Under the pieces are notes generated by a model that did no database searches, was not told where the DNA came from, and saw only the letters and a list, made by a program, of their open reading frames with translations. From Ptychomitrium polyphyllum (lineage: Eukaryota): a stretch of DNA of 64,000 bases. This document shows, piece after piece, positions 1 through 12,829 of this stretch; the stretch's first letter is position 1; the number at the start of each line of letters is the position of its first letter. The position numbers were made by a program, and so were the translations under genes. The stretch is from contig OZ316776.1 of NCBI GenBank assembly GCA_973851085.1, positions 12,834,001-12,898,000 of the forward strand. Reading direction: 5' to 3'.

Positions 1-1310
1 ATGACATGAAAGGAACACAACGGGGTTCGCAGAATTTTCCTTTCCGATGCTCAAAGTATCAACATGATAACTACACCGTGATTTGAACTTGCCTATAGCG
101 AGAAACTCCCGCAATCCAGCTAGAGCTAGTCCAGTAGCCTCGGTACCAAATGTGCTGTCCTTAAGCCGGGGCAGTGCCCACCCCATAAAGACATCCGCGG
201 GACCTCCAGATTTTTCAACGTCGGATAGAGCCACCCCAGTCGACGTTGCACCCAATGCTCCGTACGCGATAGCAGCAGCCTGCCTGACAACGGACGCCCT
301 ACCACCAATTTCAAGCAACCAAGAGGTCAACAATAATAGGGTAGGAAGGAGTAAAAGCTCAAAATCGTGGAATTCGACAAGAGCTGCACAAATTCGACAA
401 GAGCTGCATAAATTCGACATCTGATGATCAGGCAGCTCGGGAGGCCTGAAAGTTGACAAGGACAAAGTATAGAGCTTTCTAATCACCATAACAAAAGTTG
501 TGTAGCAGGTCAGATAAAATCAGCAACAAAACATAATTCAATTCCCTTTCATGATTCTTGGTATTACTTGAAGGTGCATTATCAGGACTGAATCGGGGCA
601 GCAAAAAGCCAACAGAAAGAAAATGCTGCAGTCGCTGGCAACAATGATTCTGGCTAATTACGTTTTGTTAAGGAGGATGCTAAACAAAATAAACCAGTCG
701 ATTTTCATATATACATATTATAATAACAACATAATGTTGTTAAAATGCTGTATTGTCAGAACACTGATTGGGTTCCTGAATTTGTGATTCTCTAAGAAGG
801 CTTAAGCTGAGGTTAGCCACATGTGGATACAAAAAGATGCAGATCACCAAACAAATACCCGGGTGTCATTTGAACATGATAGTTGGTCTAACGTCATGTC
901 AACAGGCAGAGACGAAATTGAATCTTATAACTATAAATCAACGACGAGAGCAATTGTTCAGCTGGAGCAATTGCAGACAATGCAGAGCTCAAAACAGAAA
1001 CATGGATTTTCACTATTGAGCTTTAGAATGCAGGCTAACAATTGTGAGGGGTTTGAAAAACCCAAACCCTAAAAATATCAACTCACTTGTCCAAAACGAG
1101 CTGCTCGAGCGTCCGGGCGAGACCCAAACTCGATCGACGCAGAATTTGAGCCGATTCCGGGTCGCGAATGAGGCGGTGCAGCGACGCCACGGCTCGCAGC
1201 GCGTCGTCGCTAGACGACGTTGTTGAATTCGCAGCATCAATAAAAGAACACGCAGCAGCAGCGACTTGCTGCTGCTGCTGCTGCAGCAACGGCGTCATCG
1301 CTTCAAGCAT
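1..1310 (-). CDS. SMG1: Serine/threonine kinase SMG1 (PIKK family, nonsense-mediated decay), 5' part only; exons 1310-1087 and 298-93 (or 445-93); gene continues past the left edge
   Basis: Spliced translation MLEAMTPLLQQQQQQVAAAACSF...DDALRAVASLHRLI...LEQLVLDK|ASVVRQAAAIAYGALG...VFMGWALPRL...LALAGLREFLAIG matches the recalled plant SMG1 N-terminus (poly-Q, 'INSLHRAI', 'QLLSDKSYAVRQAAATAYGAL', 'FIGWALP', 'LREFL'). Donor GTGAGT at 1086, acceptor TAG at 301-299, phase consistent. Confidence 0.8.
371..419. repeat. 20-bp tandem duplication (AATTCGACAAGAGCTGCAYA x2.5) inside SMG1 intron 1 / alternative exon extension
   Basis: Read directly at 371-419. Confidence 0.85.
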
Positions 1311-1347
1311 GATCGACACAGCAGGGCACCACCATGGGCGCCTCCAT
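1303..1347 (-). other. Upstream ORF (MEAPMVVPCCVDHA*, 14 aa) overlapping the SMG1 start codon out of frame
   Basis: ATG at 1347 and TGA at 1305-1303, while the SMG1 ATG is at 1310. A further tiny uORF (ATG TGG GTT TGA) starts at 1471. Confidence 0.45.
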
Positions 1348-2632
1348 CAACAACTTCACCCAGAAACCAAAACCCAACGATTCCCCGCTCCCATCACGCA
1401 CGCCCCAGATGACTTTTCTTTCCGCACTCACACACTGCCTCCCAAAACCGGTTTCACCTTCAAACCCACATGAACAGAAGGCCAAAAGACCGCCTCTCCG
1501 ACAACCCCTTCCTCTTCCCCTCTTTTCCTTTTCGCCGTCACTTTCCTTCCGCTCACTTACTTTTCTTTCCCAGCCTTCTGCTTTCCTTCTCAATACAGAC
1601 CAGAAATAGGACCCTCAGGACGGCATGAATCATCGTTTTCATTCCACCCAGATAGACTTTCAGTTCATTTCAGAGATCCCTGCTGGAGAGTGAGTTTTCG
1701 TTCGGTTGTTGCAAGCCAGATTCAATTGATATCGTTGCGTTACAAGGCGGACGAAGGTGAGGCAGCGGCAAGAATTGGCCATGTTGTACGTTGTAAGTCG
1801 GAGACACTACTCTGGTACTGTAAGGAGTTCATGTTCTCAGCTTGTATCATTTTCTCGATTCCAATCTGTTCATGCGCAGCTTCTGCTTTTGAGAGAGACC
1901 AGCTCGCTGCTTCCTCGGTAAGCTAGAGTGTGAGGGTTTGGGATGATTGACTCGTCGACTTAACCTCGTGGCTATGCTAAGTTCTCTTTTCGAAAGATTA
2001 GGTAGTGTGTGAAACTTCGGAGGATAGGTTCTGGTCATGGCATGCAGATCTGAAGTACTTGGAACATCAGCGTGCTTTTGCTGTATCGGAAGACTTTGAT
2101 TATAGTCATATATATGATTCAAAGTAAGGAGGCAAAGTAGAACATCAAGGTTTCTGATGCATTGTGGCAACACGAGAGGATTTCACTTTATTCAGCCACT
2201 CAGCTGACAAGTTTGGCAGATGGTGGGTGGCAACAGAGAACATGGTTACGTAGACAAGCACGTAGAAGACAGAGCACACAAGCTTTGACGATGCTACACA
2301 GAAATGTTTCACCTTCGTAACGTTTTGGAGGCTAACTCATGTTCTAGTGACAACGCCGTACAGGTCCACAGGTTCTGTGCTCTGCAGGGCCTCGCCGTAC
2401 ACTAACAAAAATAGGGACGATTAAAAACAAATATTGATCAACGTCTGGTCTGGCAGTGTCTGATATTTCGAATCACTGCAGAGTGTTCGTTGAGAGTGAC
2501 GATGCCCACGCAAGTTTGAACAATTAGCTCGCCTGGAAAGAGAGACTCGGAAACCAAATACTTATGTTTTATTTTGTATTTTCACTCTGCGCAGGAAGAT
2601 AATCCGAAATTAGTCCATCTGCTATGTGAGAT

Positions 2633-5156
2633 CTACTGCAAGGGATGCATTCCACATCCAGCAGTGAGAAGCAGGACATTTTTTATTTCTTCTGGTCCTA
2701 CGTCTCCTCCAATAGCCTGTTTCACAGCAATAACCCCCGCCAAGATGATCCATTAGTGCTCTTCGGGACGTCGCTAGCGAAAGAATCCTGAATCCCAAAC
2801 CCTAAAACCAAGATGTAGCCTCACCTCAGCGCGGAAGAGGTCGAGAGCAAAGCCATTGAAGCAGCTGATGACGGCCTGTTGCACATCCAAGCCGAGAGCG
2901 TCAAGTGCTCTTACTGTGGAGAGGAGCAGCCCTGGCCGACGGGCACAGAACATGTGGATGTTGAGTGCTTGACCTTCCCTTTTTCTCACTTCCACCTGAG
3001 AATACCAAATTCAGAATTGTTAATAGCATTGTTTTCTCTTAATGTTCAGCGCGCACAGGGGAGAATTTACTTAATCCTAAAGTTTTGTGATGCGGATCAG
3101 ATGCGCACCCGAGGAGCCTGGGACTCAGGATTTGGCAACACGGGACATTCTTCTTTCACTGTAGCTGGGTAGCTGTGGGATCTTGTCGTTGGGCTGGATG
3201 GCATTGACCGTGACTGGTCCACTTTTGCTGCCTCCAGTTCCTTATGGATGTCATTGATGCGCTGCAGGAGTTCCTTCAGATACTCGATTGCATCACCTAA
3301 TATGGAGGCTCTATCCATCTGTTGGCCATCAATCCGCATGTGTTAATTGCAGCAAATTTTGAAATACGGGTGACAAACTTGGCTCATACAAATTCAAACT
3401 TTGGTGAAATAGTGATGTGGACAAACCTTGGTGATCTTGGGAACCACAGATCGAAGCATGTACAAACGATCGTTGAGTTTCTTGCGTCGCCTGCGCTCGG
3501 CCATGAGATTCTTCGCAGGAAGCCCACGTTTCCCCTTCCCGTTACCCTTCCCGTTATTTTCTGCTCCATTGCCTGCGCCTTCCTCTACTTCGTAAGGCCC
3601 TCCAGACCCATCGCCACTTTCGTCCAGATCATCGTCGTCTTTGACGTCGTAGTCATCTCCGTCCAAACCCATTTCGTTTGGATCATCACTCCCCGAGTTG
3701 ATATCCAGTCTCCCAGACGCGTTTTGCAGGTGGGCTTTGTGCAAACGAGGGCTCTGGTGATCCTTACCTGGCGTATCCATCGAGGAGTCGTTTGCGGCAG
3801 CTGTGACGACTCGTGGTGGTGACTTGCTTGCTGGAGAAATCGTTCCACAGCGACGAGAGGCTGCGCGCTTTTGGAACAGTGTCTGCTGCCCTTGCAGATA
3901 GCTCTGAGGCTCCGTCCGCTTGTTGGAATGATATGGCACGAGCTCGTTTCGTAGACCACCAGTGCCATCTTTCCCAATCTTGGTTTGGGTCAACGCTTGG
4001 GTGGTGTATGCATCTGAAAATGAAGGCGTGGTCATGCGTGAGAAGTTCGACGTGCGCACATTATGGTTCATGTTGCTGCCGGTGATGTTGCTTAAGCTTC
4101 CACCTGTGGTTATGATTCCATGATTGAAGCTTGACGGCAGGCCTGAGCTAAAGCTGTCCATTGGGTTGCTTCGGCCGAGTTGCCCGCCTGCACGATCCAA
4201 TTAGCTCACTTCTTCCAGTATCAGCTCAACATGTAACATGGATACAAGAATTGATGAATTCTATGCCCTTGAACATTCAACTCGTCATCAAGCAGGTAAA
4301 TGCTCTGTTCTAAACTTGAAAGAATATTTCTATTGCTGAGTAGATCAGTGGTTGAACAGTAGAAATTGCAGGGACAAGACCTGGAGAAAAACTTGAGAGG
4401 AGACCAACGCTCGAACCCTGACCAGTGCATGCGAGATCCTCCAAAATGCGGTTGCTCTCGAGGCCCTGTACGCCTAAGGTCGACGGTGCGGAGCGGAAGC
4501 TGCTGATGAGGTTGTTGGTGCTGTCAAAGGTGAGAGGTGACTCGAGCAAGCTACCGAAGCTTGAGCGAGGGTCGGACAGATTTTCGTAAGGAGATGAGTA
4601 GGACAGGTCCATGAGTGAGGTTTCGGGTGTGTACCATTCTTCCTCCAACACCCTTGATGTCCCCACGTTGTCCTGGAGTAAGAGAAACCTTTAGAGATCC
4701 GTAACTCAAGTATATGGGCACAGAGAATATTCACAGGGACCGAAAGGATGACAATATTTGGAAAATAGAAAAACCTTGGAGATGCCATATTTCTAAAACA
4801 GGGCAGCTGTCCGAAGTGAGGTTTGGGATCTGGGCAATTTACCTTGACGACGTCCATGTTTGTGGTGTTTTGAGAGGATGTCGGTGCCTTCCATGACGAC
4901 TCTTCCTCAAGATTAAGGACAGGGTTTGAAGGCATGCTGAAAAACAGAATCGTACAGTGGTGTTATTTCATGGTGAAGAAGGCAGGGATTTAAGGAATGA
5001 ATAAATGCATACATTTGTTACAGTGTACCGAGAACAGTCTTTGTTACCGAAAGACAACCTAAACTGATTCCGCATATCTAAGCAATTGAGGGCATGCAAC
5101 CTGATGTCAGATGACGCAGCACCCATCCAGATATCGGAGTTCGACTGGGACGCCAT
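2633..5156 (-). CDS. SCRM: ICE1/SCREAM-like bHLH transcription factor with C-terminal ACT-like domain (~555 aa); exons 5156-5101, 4936-4843, 4672-4381, 4187-3427, 3318-3109, 2995-2825, 2716-2633
   Basis: b[62 protein letters not shown]-like motif [14 protein letters not shown]-like [57 protein letters not shown]. All introns GT-AG; exon lengths sum to 1668 nt in frame. The first two exons are less certain. Confidence 0.9.
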
Positions 5157-8100
5157 GGTGTTACAAAACCTCTGCGAAAGTGTAAAAGTACGAAGAGTTT
5201 GTCCGAATATTGTTTATGACATGCACATGTTTCCTGCAAGCATTGCAAAAAAGCACGGTCCTCCTATGCTTCAGTGGTTGGTTTCAAGGTTATTCCATTT
5301 ACTTATACAGTGAAATACTTTGGAAAAGAGACTCCAATTCCCTGAGGATTCACTGGTGTGAGTTCATGGATACAGGAGAGTGAAATCAATACCTGAAAGT
5401 TCAAGAGTTTGGCAGCTTAGAGACTGGAGTACTGCTGCGCTGATTTGAGGCGAGAGTTGATCAAATCCGTTGTTGACGCTTATGGAAGGTGCGTCTTTCC
5501 TTCCTGGCACAGCACTGCAATGAAATCCAGCAGATTAGAAATTTGTCTGAAAGATTTTGATACGTATCAATTACTGGCGTTGTCAGGGATTGCATCAACC
5601 TCATGAAGTGAAGTGATACAACTGAAATAATTCAGCAAGCTTGTGTGCACTGTTTCAGCGCTGGGAAGGGACTGAAAGAGTGCTCCATTATGCCTAAAGT
5701 ATTCCAATATTTAAAATTGTTATTGGAATATTTCAAACCACAAAATAACTGTTAATCAGCAAAATGACGTTACAAGAAAATTCCATTTCTGGAGAACTAA
5801 AGTCTAAGGCAAGTTTAAGTGACTCTCAAGAAGAGTCCAATACTGAGATATGTACACATGCTACAACTGGTATAATACTGCATTGTAAACAGTGATACCA
5901 CGTCCGAAACCCTCCTAACGATAATATTGGGACAACAAATACAAATTACCACATAAGACGATAATAACACAAACAGCGCTCATATGTTTTAAAAACCATG
6001 ATACTCTTGCCGTAACCGCTTCGTTAAACGAGCACAGCTGGACCTAGTTACTCGATAATGCAGTATGCTAACCCAGTGATTCAAAGTTGGGCGGCCTCCA
6101 TGACTTAAGAACTCTTTAATTTCTAATCTCTTAGAAGCACACAGCGTTTAGGCCACTCGATCCAGATGACTTACTTGCCTTAAACTCTTCACGCGAATTG
6201 AACCGGCGGCCCAGATTCACATAGAGAGGTATCCGAAATAAACTCAGACCCGGTTAATGAAAAACTGAAGAGAAAAATTACAGGAGAAAACCGACTCGAC
6301 TTTGTAACGGCAAAGTCGACCGGCGACATTGGGACCCCACACGATGCATCTGAACCCATGGACAAACTTAACCCTTGTTCCTAATGCATGTCTGGCATGA
6401 ACAAACCTCGAGAAAGGGGTCCATGGCGAGGACAACCTGAATGAAGGCTACAGTGGTCACGGCTACAGAACAAAACCAAGACAAGGGTTCCAAAGATCAA
6501 CTTGAGAACTCGTATGCGAGATTTGTCGACAGTACTGGTGGAGCTCCAATATTGTCTGGACTGTGAGCTTGTGAATAAATCCGTTGCCCGAAAGGAGCCA
6601 AGCGTCATGTGAAACGAAAAGGACATGCCAATATATGGACTTTGACAATGTGAGCCCACGCTGCTATTCTGCAAACGCTGCAGAGTGGAGCACACCGCCA
6701 TCTGTTGCGAGTGGTAACATCAGGCAGACTAGCTGCCTGCCTGAAGCCAACTGCAACCGAAACTTCCTCGAAAGTAATCAGCCAAAGCACTTCTAAGAAG
6801 ATTCTTTAACTCTACTTAAGGGTAGCCTGCTTAACTAGCAAGTTTGAGAGATCCCAACTTCAAAGACTGCAACTTTGGCATAAACTCGTCGATCAACGAG
6901 CGTAGCAACGAGTCCTATGCAATATTGTAAGAAAGGCTCATAAACAGGACGACTATCGACACTGCAGGAATATTGGACATGAACGGGCTTACTCTACAAC
7001 CACCTATATTTGATAACACTTGGGTTGCCGAACACTTGTCGCCTACAGAGGGGGATCAGGCTTGGCAACGGGAGCATTGCAAGAGAGCCCCTTGGGCAAC
7101 AACAATAGCAGTCTAAGTAGTGGTTCATACTGACAAACCTGAAAGGAAAGAGCCAAAAGCTCAACTAGGAGATCAGGGACAAGCTGTGTACCAGCCTCTT
7201 GAGGTAGTATCATCATCATCATCCTAGACGACCAGTGTCATGATCGCAAAGGGTAATTAGATTGGCCATGAAGTCATAACCAAAGGCATCAACAAATTAT
7301 GAGAAAAAAATTTATCACTGGGGGAAAGAAGAAGGAAAAAATCAACTAATTATAGCACTTGTTGTGGGGACATCATCTCTACAACTGCGGAATCAACTGA
7401 TGTAGTTGGAGGAGCGCTGAACTCACTAAACATGTGAGATGATGAACCGTACTGTTTACTCCAATGGTGTATGAGGTAAACAAGCGTCGTCACTCTCACC
7501 AGAAACTGAAGGAGATAGCGCACAAGGAGAGGACTACATAAATTTTAAGTAGGAGAAAAAATAGTGGTAAGTGCAACAAACTCACCCACAAAGTGCTCAT
7601 CTCCAGCATCAATCTCAGTCGACGTACCTTTCATGGGGTTGACATACGGATGCATTCCGGTTACTATCCACTCATCTGGCAGCTCTAAGCTACAATATTT
7701 TCTGTGCAATATTTGTAGGAGCAGTGAGAAGTAGAATTAAATTACTGATCTACGATCATGTGTCATGATGAGAAAGTTGGCAGAGCTGCATTCAGCCATT
7801 TTCAAAGTACGCTGCCAGTACCTACCCCCATGCACCGTCTGTACAAAAACTCTTGAAAAGACACCCCACACAAACCAATGTACTCTACGCCAGGCTTAGG
7901 AAAACAAAAAATAAAAGAAACAAAAAGGAAAAAAAAGATTAACTCCTTACTTCGGGACCAGGTACTCAGTTTGTAGGCTGCTGATAAGATCGAAGCGAAG
8001 TAGGAAACTTTAACACTGAGACATCACCTTTCATGAGTCCATACGGTGTGTATACTTGGGACCATCAATACAGCTGTAGTAACAACTTAGCCACAATTGA

Positions 8101-8399
8101 ATCAACTCAGAAGGAGAGTATGAAGTCTTTAAATGTACGTCGACGTCATCAACTTCACTGGAACTGTAAGCTTGTGCTACGAGGACGTACATACACGAAA
8201 GAGCACTTGAACCCCCTAGAGGTGTACAATCCCAAGTAATGAGGCTCACAGTTTTCTACAGCTAAAGGGGCGGCCAAGGGTTATCAGTTACTCAGCTAAC
8301 ATTCCCATGAACAAGGGATGTGTTGAGTACACAGGCGCCCAGGAATTAATGGGAAATTATTCCCTTTGCGGAATAACCATCCATCGGTGCCGGTGGTAC

Positions 8400-9300
8400 T
8401 AGTGCACTGCACAGGTTTTATAATGAGATTGGGTTCGATGGAGGGAGTAGTACTCAAGTCATATGTACAAGTACTTGATTTGGAGGTACCAATCAAATAC
8501 TCTTGCTGGCATTGAGAGCACCGTAATTTCAGGGCAGGACGTGGAGACCTGATGTTGGCTGCTGGTTTCTCAATATCAACTATTTGTCCTCTTCCAAGTT
8601 TTCAATACGGCAGTGTAAGCTAACCCATTTGGGTTCTTGCCTTTCTCTTATACATACATGACGAAAAGTGTTAAGACTACAAACTTCGTATTAAAAGGGG
8701 AAAAAACTTTAAATAGGCATAAGTGTCGAGAAGACAGACACTGGAGAAGCGCCGTGTCCACGTGAGTTTCAAGGTTGTCTGGACTCTCACCGAATGAGTT
8801 GCTGCGATATTAGTGTTAGTGACAGTGATATTGAAATTGATTGAACAACAGTACAGCATCCCAATATGATTATCATCGCAAGGGGTTGAAGGGAGCAAAC
8901 AATCCAGAAGTCTTTGGTTTAATTTACCTTCGTTGACAGCTGGGCGAGTCTGAAGTTGCAGATCGAAGTACGGTTTCGAGTTGGTGATCAACTCGAGTGA
9001 GGAGTTGTGCACAATTCCAGTCAATGCACTTAAAATCTCCTCCTTTAGGTGCATTGAACCACTGGTTTCACTTCCCTGGATGACTTTCCCCTTGAAACCA
9101 GAGAAGAAAATATATACTTGACAGATTCGAAGACTCGGTCGACGAGACAACTTCTAAGAGAGAGAGCACTTGGTCTTGAAGTACCACAAAACACACCAGA
9201 ATATTCTTCTTGAACTCCCGGACAGCAAATCCCTGCCACCAATTTTTATTTTTTTCTGAACCAGCTTTCACCAGCAAAATCAAGTCCAAACTGGCTGGCA
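8400..9300 (-). mobile_element. Possible decayed non-LTR (LINE) ORF1 remnant
   Basis: Stop- and frameshift-broken coding-like sequence: 'AVREFKKNILVCFVV', 'EPKWVSL' and a degenerate zinc knuckle LKLRCSQCQQEYLIGT (8532-8485), reminiscent of plant L1 ORF1 (DUF4283 + CCHC). Recognition is from memory only. Confidence 0.3.
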
Positions 9301-12300
9301 AAGAACCGACTCCCTACAGACACGACGTCTGAGCAGGACTCTCAAAACGTGCCAAGCTGTGAGAGAGTTGACAACCTTGAGAGAGAGAGCACGGTGACAA
9401 CAAAGCGAAAGGCAGGGATCCAAGAGATTAAAGTAATCTCTGACCAAGGAGTACTAAACTCAACCGAGGGAGAATTGGCTTGTGATGTAGTGACGCTCAC
9501 AAATGCTCGGCAATGATCAACCCTTTGGTTCGCTGTGCTGCAATGGTACGTACATGAAGTGCTCACGCAACACAGTGTCGAAAAAGGTCTGGATGGAGGA
9601 GTGGAGGGGTCTTGATGTAGTAAGGGGAGGAGCGGGTGCTAGGATTCATGAATGTGTGGGAGTGAGAATCCCGAAGGAATCGTTCTTATTCTTGCTTTTG
9701 ATTCTTCCTTATATTCTTCGTCGAATATTAGTTTTTCTTTCTTTTTTACTCTTCGTCTATTCCCTTCCCGTGACGAGAACTTGAGAGGAGAGGGGAATAG
9801 TTCAGCAGTTGTGGGGATGTCGGGAAGGAGCCTGGAGTACTCTAGTCACAAGAAGAGCATGACCCACTCCTCGATAGCACAAAGTGCCTTGATCTCAGGG
9901 CGGCTGGGAAGCACGCCATCGATAATGCCACTGCACTTTGCCACCTAGGTGCGCCTCACCCTCCACCTCAGCTATTTCCCTTATATCCGTCTTTTTACTC
10001 TCGTCTCGTCTAAGTTAGTACAGGTCTACAAACGTAACTTAACCGAGTTGTCTCAACTCCTACATTGATGGGCTACGTTGGTTTAATATTCCTAGTCAGT
10101 TGCACATAATTCACTGCACAATTGCTGCGGATAAGGTATTAACATGCTGCTGCAGCAGCTCAATCTCCTTATTCCTTGACCTTTTGAGCAAACTCGTACC
10201 TAGATCAACATGAGGCGGAGTCACATAATGATTCTGGAATGGAATTAAGATCTTGGTATGATTTCTATTTATTTACAGAAAAGGTGTACTATGTCAATGA
10301 TCCTGGTGAAAAGGTATTGTTAAAACGTTTATTAAATTGAGATTGAAATTGAAAATGTAAATGAGCCTGAGACTTCCTGGAGGCCGCAAGAAAAACTTAA
10401 GTATAGAATCATGTTTTGAATGGGTATTCTTACTGAACACTCACATGGCTTTACAATACACATGCAATACACATGGCTTTGGGTCCTTATGCTGTGGTTT
10501 GTGCAGCTGAGCAATATGGTTTGATTCACACCACATAAGGAAGAGAGTCGGTTTATGGTGAAGGGAGATGCAACAAAATTGGAAAGCAATGGAAGGGGGT
10601 CCAGTTAAAAGGCCAATTGCATGCACCGTTAGCTTGGAATAGAGAAGGTGTAACGGTGGAATGATAGTACACCATCAACACTTGGATCTCATCAATGAAC
10701 AGGCTGAAGAGGCCATTGTGCATCTCAACCACTCCGTACATTCATTGGTGACATCTTATTTTCAGCCATCATGGCATTGTCATGTTGTGATATAGCTCTG
10801 TTGCACTGCAAAGGTCCCCTTCTCAGCTAGATGCGCATTCTAGAGTAGGAAGGCTTGACTCCTTTGTCCCAACTAGCTTCAATAATGGAAATTTTGTCCT
10901 TTGTGGAAATTTTAGAAGGACAGAGGTGACGTACAACAAATTTAAATGTTTCTCAACCACAAACTCCATTTTCTCATACATCAGAGTGCCATTATTGTGA
11001 TTTTCTGCTGGTCTGGCAAGCTTGCATGTTACAAGGACCAAGCCTAGTGGGTTTCAAATGCAAGGTTGCAAGCAAAGCCAAGCTCAACCCCTAGAGGTCA
11101 TGCTTGGGAGGCCATCATTTTGTGGAGCAGAAATTAATTGTTGAAGCATAGTAAGCTAATCATCTCAAACTCATTCAGTAGAATTTAAAAATAGGGTTGA
11201 GTGCAGCACATACTAGAACATGCCTTTCAAACCTGAAGCTCTTTCCATATGTCAAACTCTCCCTCACTCAAACTACAACCACGTTGTCAAATGCAAACAG
11301 AAGCACAAACAACCAATGCTCCACCTCAAATTTCTCAAGCTGCCAATATTAAGTTTTTGGCCAATTTACAGATATAATAAACATTGAAGGTACAGAAGCT
11401 GAGCTGGCACTGCATGGGCAAGCATCACATGGGCATGGGTGATAAACTTTGAACGACCCAATCATGCCCAGGAGCAAAAGTCTCCTTAAAAAGAGAAAAA
11501 ACTCCAAAAATGCAATTGGCATATCTCCATTTTGATATTGTTCTCATTGTTGTGCTCCCTGTCTGAGCCAAAACTTGGATGAATTGCACCCCAAATGAAG
11601 GCCCAGCCCTCCATGTCCTGAGCCTCTGCCACCGGCTGACGTCATGCTAAGGCGAGCCCACCGAATTGCGGCGCCTGAGAGGTTTGCTACAGAACTCTCT
11701 CCAATCATCTGGATTCTGGACTCATAGGCTGCCAGTTTGCTTTGTGGATTCATGATGGGCAGAGTTTTGCTCCGAAGATGGCAGACTTCCAAGTGGTTCT
11801 CTCAAAGAACTTTGCAACAGTCTCTCGAAGAATAGAATGAGTGCGTGCACCTGTCCAAGCTCTCGCTTTGGAATGATCTCAGCAGTCAATACTTGAAGCT
11901 ACTGAGTTGCTTCACATTTCTTTTTGAATTTTTTTAATTCACATTGATTTTAATTGCACACTGAACTTGCCACAAGCTTGATTCTTTGAAGCTCCAATTC
12001 ACACTCAAGATTTTATTGCGAAGTTAGCACGGTGTCTCTGACGAATTGAGACTGAGACTGTAGACTGACTCATACTGTGCTGTGAACTACTTTTACCTTA
12101 TTCTTTCTGGTTGAATCTACCGGTGCATAGCAACGCCAGTTTCTAGTTTTGAGTTTCTGAACGTTAGATCTAGAGCAAATAATCCTTTTGATTGCAGTAA
12201 ATGGTAACTAACATACACTGAAAATTCACAGAGCTGCACACACTTGAACATCTTTAAATTTAGTCCTGAAGAGCTATCAAATCCTGACGATAATGAATCA

Positions 12301-12829
12301 GAGTAACTATCTCTCTGAAATCAAAAGATCTCAAATAAGAATCACCTTGCATTTTTTTCTCAATTGCAAGTTGAATATTCCTCAGAGATCAGAACTGTAT
12401 ACATTATACTGGTCAATCTGAATGACTTCAGGAAGAGTGTATGAGCATCTTCACTGCACATACCAAAATGCTTAAGAAAATCTTTCTTTCATATGAAATC
12501 AATAGTTGAAAATACCATCATAAAATAGATACAAAATTTTGTAGATTTGGATATGAGATGTCAAAACTACGTCCCTTACAAGTTACAAGCATTTTGTTGA
12601 TTGGAGTATGAAGTGTGTTGTCTAAGTTTTGGAGTTGAATGGACCTCATTTCAACAAATGTGTTTTAAATACAAGCATTATTCCATGTTTCTTTAAAATG
12701 TAGAAACCTCCCTGTTTCCATAACCAACTTGTTTAGTACAAACAATCTTGAGTTTCCATCAATGTGCCATATTGATGTAGTACAAATATATTTCAAATTT
12801 TTTTAAATAGTCTTTATTGTTCATTTACA

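Noticed and set aside
9369..9393. miR535-like sequence TGACAAC-CTTGA-GAGAGAGAGCACG
   Set aside because: Interrupted by 5 nt, no complementary star arm nearby, and the GA repeat makes a chance match likely.
11601..11680. Partial miR390-site-like TCCTGAGC, suggesting a TAS3 locus
   Set aside because: Only ~8 nt match and there is no second proper miR390 site.
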